Part shown: one piece after another, positions 61,436 through 64,000 of the stretch | How positions within the stretch are numbered: position 1 is the stretch's first letter | How the letters are laid out: each line of letters begins with the position of its first letter | Source: Escherichia phage MX01 | Strand: one strand, 5' to 3' | DNA length: 64,000 bases | Sequence record: NC_031934.1 | Position numbers and translations under genes: made by a program | Notes under the pieces: model-generated | Told to the model about the DNA's origin: nothing | What the model saw: the letters and a program-made list of their open reading frames with translations, nothing else | Databases searched by the model: none

Positions 61436-61514
61436 TCATAAAAACGATTGGGAAAATGCTCAATACAACCAATAACACAAACATGTTCCAAATTGCTTTA
61501 AGTAAGTTTTTCAT
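61404..61514 (-). CDS. Small hydrophobic peptide (36 aa)
   Basis: Hand-translated MKNLLKAIWNMFVLLVVLSIFPIVFMIDHVRVFFNF; GGAG Shine-Dalgarno; early promoter upstream. Confidence 0.3.
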   Translation of the reverse strand: MKNLLKAIWNMFVLLVVLSIFPIVFMIDHVRVFFNF

Positions 61515-61540
61515 AATCATCTCCATTAGTTGATAGGTCT

Positions 61541-61569
61541 ATAATATCATGATTAATGGAGATGTATAC
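61541..61569 (-). promoter_or_regulatory. Candidate early promoter (variant -35 GTATAC)
   Basis: Minus-sense GTATAC, 17-nt spacer, TATTAT, conserved leader. Confidence 0.4.
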
Positions 61570-61659
61570 TGATTTATACCAATTTCCACAACAATAAACT
61601 AAAACATACGCAAATCACTGGGATACAGGCCATCCAAATAAGGCACCACATTTTGCTAC

Positions 61660-61926
61660 TCAAAACACCACCTCTTTTATCTCAATCAATCCATCGGACA
61701 ATGCAACACGGAGGTCATAAAAAATATCTATACCATCAATATTGTCCAGCTTGCCATCAATAAGCTTTTTTAAATCACGCTTTGAGGCAACTAACGGGCG
61801 GAGAAATTTACAATCAGAAAGAGATAACTCTGTAGTAACATCATCGCCGTCACCCGACGCGTCATACATAGCGGCAACAACCATACCTGTAACTTTGTGT
61901 TTAGCGTAATATAATTTGATATCCAT
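61660..61926 (-). CDS. Hypothetical protein (88 aa)
   Basis: Start set at MDIKLYYAKHK with GAGGAGAA Shine-Dalgarno; extension would run through the promoter. Confidence 0.5.
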   Translation of the reverse strand: MDIKLYYAKHKVTGMVVAAMYDASGDGDDVTTELSLSDCKFLRPLVASKRDLKKLIDGKLDNIDGIDIFYDLRVALSDGLIEIKEVVF

Positions 61927-61954
61927 TTTGTTCTCCTCATTAGTTGATAGGAAG

Positions 61955-61984
61955 ATAGTAACACCATCCATGGCGTATGTAAAC
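61955..61984 (-). promoter_or_regulatory. Early promoter
   Basis: Minus-sense GTTTAC, 18-nt spacer, TACTAT, conserved leader. Confidence 0.5.
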
Positions 61985-61996
61985 ACTTATTTTAAA

Positions 61997-62554
61997 TTAT
62001 AAGGCGAGATACCAGCCGTTGTAATTGCTCTTACGGACTAGCTTTGTGATGGCTTCTCTGTCACCAGAGAACTTAGGAGTGAACAGGACGTCGCCTGCCT
62101 CATTTACTGAAGTGTCGAATATAATTATACAGTCTGCAACTTTATGATTCAAGAGCGGACCCAGGTTAATCCCTGTTCCATAAGGAAAGTCACCAGAGTA
62201 TCCTGTAGTGCAGGAAATCCACTTAGAATCTGATTGATGGGTCTTGACCTCTACACGTAGTCCACAATACATAGGGTGAGCTAAAACATCCCATGCATAA
62301 GTATAAGGGTCGTCATGGTCTTCCTGGCCACTGTTAACGTATCCTTTCAACCAATCGGCAACCATGTACTCGGCATACGTTGCAATGACACACCGAGTCA
62401 ATACTTCTTTCTTATCTTGGGACGGGTCTTGACTTAAGGAATACAGTACAGTATCCTTAATCTTAACCTTCATTTCACCTGTTAAATCAGATGTCTTCAG
62501 GGTAAATGTCGGCATCGCTGCCAATCGGAGTAGTCCCGGGTTCGTCTTCACCAT
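61997..62554 (-). CDS. denB: DenB-position protein (possible endonuclease IV)
   Basis: 185 aa ORF, same length and position as T4 denB; start may be the internal MPTFTLK; not sequence-confirmed. Confidence 0.55.
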   Translation of the reverse strand: MVKTNPGLLRLAAMPTFTLKTSDLTGEMKVKIKDTVLYSLSQDPSQDKKEVLTRCVIATYAEYMVADWLKGYVNSGQEDHDDPYTYAWDVLAHPMYCGLRVEVKTHQSDSKWISCTTGYSGDFPYGTGINLGPLLNHKVADCIIIFDTSVNEAGDVLFTPKFSGDREAITKLVRKSNYNGWYLAL

Positions 62555-62795
62555 AAATGCCTCGAATATGAAGTTCGCCGTAATAAATTCGGTCGTCGGG
62601 TTCTAAAGTATCAGAATCCGCTAAAGGAAATTCACCTTCGACCACCTCATCGCATTCTAGAAAAGCGTAATGAACATCACCCGGGTGTTTAACGAGCTTA
62701 GCACAATAAACAGTACCTGCTTTATGGAATCCACGCAAATTAGAAATCTTGATATCACGTTCACCGACATTCAGGTAATTAATCATTTTACTCAC
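62487..62795 (-). CDS. Hypothetical protein (102 aa)
   Basis: ORF overlapping the denB-position gene N-terminus; start uncertain. Confidence 0.4.
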   Translation of the reverse strand: MSKMINYLNVGERDIKISNLRGFHKAGTVYCAKLVKHPGDVHYAFLECDEVVEGEFPLADSDTLEPDDRIYYGELHIRGIYGEDEPGTTPIGSDADIYPEDI

Positions 62796-62985
62796 CGAAA
62801 TAAGAAATACGAACCTCTAAACAATGAGCATAAGCGCCCATCGCATCCAGTTGTGCAATCAGTAACCCTTGTTGACGGATATCAAGAGTTTCAAAAACAC
62901 CACCTTCAATAAAGGTTTCTAGTGCGTTAATTTTAAGAACCAACTGGTCGTATTCTTCAACTACACGTGCTTGGTAACCTAACAT
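62788..62985 (-). CDS. Hypothetical protein (65 aa)
   Basis: ORF with GAGGAATTATG start directly downstream of a hairpin. Confidence 0.45.
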   Translation of the reverse strand: MLGYQARVVEEYDQLVLKINALETFIEGGVFETLDIRQQGLLIAQLDAMGAYAHCLEVRISYFGE

Positions 62986-62997
62986 AATTCCTCATTA

Positions 62998-63013
62998 GGA
63001 GGCCGAAGCCTCC
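62998..63013 (-). terminator. UUCG-tetraloop hairpin downstream of rIIB
   Basis: Minus-sense GGAGGC-UUCG-GCCUCC, perfect 6-bp stem. Confidence 0.6.
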
Positions 63014-63022
63014 GTTATTGAT

Positions 63023-63988
63023 TTAGTATTTGTATTCGTTTGCGAACTGTTCAGTGACGTCTTCCAGAACTTCATAATAACATACACGCATTTTAGCATC
63101 ACCGTAATCGACCGGGATACTAACAACATCACGTGGGTTAACTTTACATGAAACTACTTTACAGCTTGAGTTACCAAAATGACCGATATAGCTACGAGAG
63201 CAAACGTGCAGACCACTTGAACAGGTTACTTCATCATCGTCATTTACACGAGAACGAGGCATTTTAACCGGTTTGCCTGGTGAGTTATCAAACGTACCGG
63301 TACGGCAGTCGGTGTAATCGGAGTTAACCACCTTCCACGTAATAAAGTGACCATCTTCAGTAATTTTGATGTCGTTTGCCACCAAGAAGTCGAACAAACG
63401 TTGTACAGCTTTTTCACTTGGGTTTTCTAAAAGGTTCTCAAGGAACGGCAGGTAGAATTCGAAGTCTTCACCGTTTTCCATTGAAGTGATAATACGGTCA
63501 ATCAACCCTGAACGCAATTCAATGCCTTGGTAAACCAGACGTCCACCTTCAATACGAACGTTGCCTTTAACAAAGGCCTTAACGGCTTCTTTAATGGAAA
63601 TCAGTTTAATCGCGTCATCGAAACGAGATTCTTTAAGAGCCTGTACGATGGCATCAAAATGTTTGTTCTTATTAGTGGTGTTCCATACTGTACGACCTTC
63701 AGTGATGGATACGAATTTAGAACTGGCATTCCAAATAATTTCAGGACGAGAACCACCAATAGTGGCTTCAACAGGAACAACCAGCAGGTTAGGAACTGTT
63801 ACCGTAACATTTCCGGTAATAACCACTTGAGAACGTTTAGCTTCTTCATCATTTTTCAGAACTTTACGAATGGTATCAACCGAAACACCATACCAGTCAG
63901 CTAGTTCTTGCTGAGTATAATTACCGGATTTATAGAGGGAAACTACTTTCTCTTGTTCAGATTTAGCCAGACATTTAATATTGTACAT
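63023..63988 (-). CDS. rIIB: rIIB membrane-associated protein
   Basis: 321 aa; N-terminus MYNIKCLAKSEQ and GNYTQQELADW, FDFLVANDIKITEDG, PGKPVKMPRSRVNDDD match T4 rIIB as recalled. Confidence 0.9.
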   Translation of the reverse strand: MYNIKCLAKSEQEKVVSLYKSGNYTQQELADWYGVSVDTIRKVLKNDEEAKRSQVVITGNVTVTVPNLLVVPVEATIGGSRPEIIWNASSKFVSITEGRTVWNTTNKNKHFDAIVQALKESRFDDAIKLISIKEAVKAFVKGNVRIEGGRLVYQGIELRSGLIDRIITSMENGEDFEFYLPFLENLLENPSEKAVQRLFDFLVANDIKITEDGHFITWKVVNSDYTDCRTGTFDNSPGKPVKMPRSRVNDDDEVTCSSGLHVCSRSYIGHFGNSSCKVVSCKVNPRDVVSIPVDYGDAKMRVCYYEVLEDVTEQFANEYKY

Positions 63989-64000
63989 AATATTTCCTTA

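Overview
The window is a dense block of a T4-like (Tevenvirinae, T2/T6-type) myophage genome. Protein identities were recognised by recalling T4 homologues from memory; no database search was run. Left to right: the 3' end of major capsid gene 23, head vertex 24, RNA ligase 2, Hoc, Inh, UvsW and UvsY; the baseplate hub/wedge block 25-26-51-27-28-29-48-54; three tandem Alt-like ADP-ribosyltransferase genes; DNA ligase 30 with a run of small early genes that includes a HAD-like phosphatase and a NADAR (YbiA-like) protein; rIII, co-chaperonin 31, dCMP deaminase, PseT kinase, spanins, RNA ligase 1, DenA, NrdB, NrdA, Td, Frd, gp32, gp59, gp33, DsbA and RNase H; the long-tail-fibre block 34-35-36-37-38; holin T, AsiA, MotA, topoisomerase subunit 52, Ndd, a DenB-position gene and rIIB. 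Signals include sigma70-type early promoters with a shared leader, TATAAATA late promoters and many tetraloop hairpins. No tRNA, CRISPR array, intron or transposon was seen. The strongest leads are the triplicated Alt toxin array with divergent catalytic domains, the NADAR plus HAD pair beside it, an unknown ORF in the slot where T4 carries segG, and the gp37 C-terminal autochaperone-like tail with a glycine-rich gp38 adhesin. None of these was confirmed as previously undescribed.
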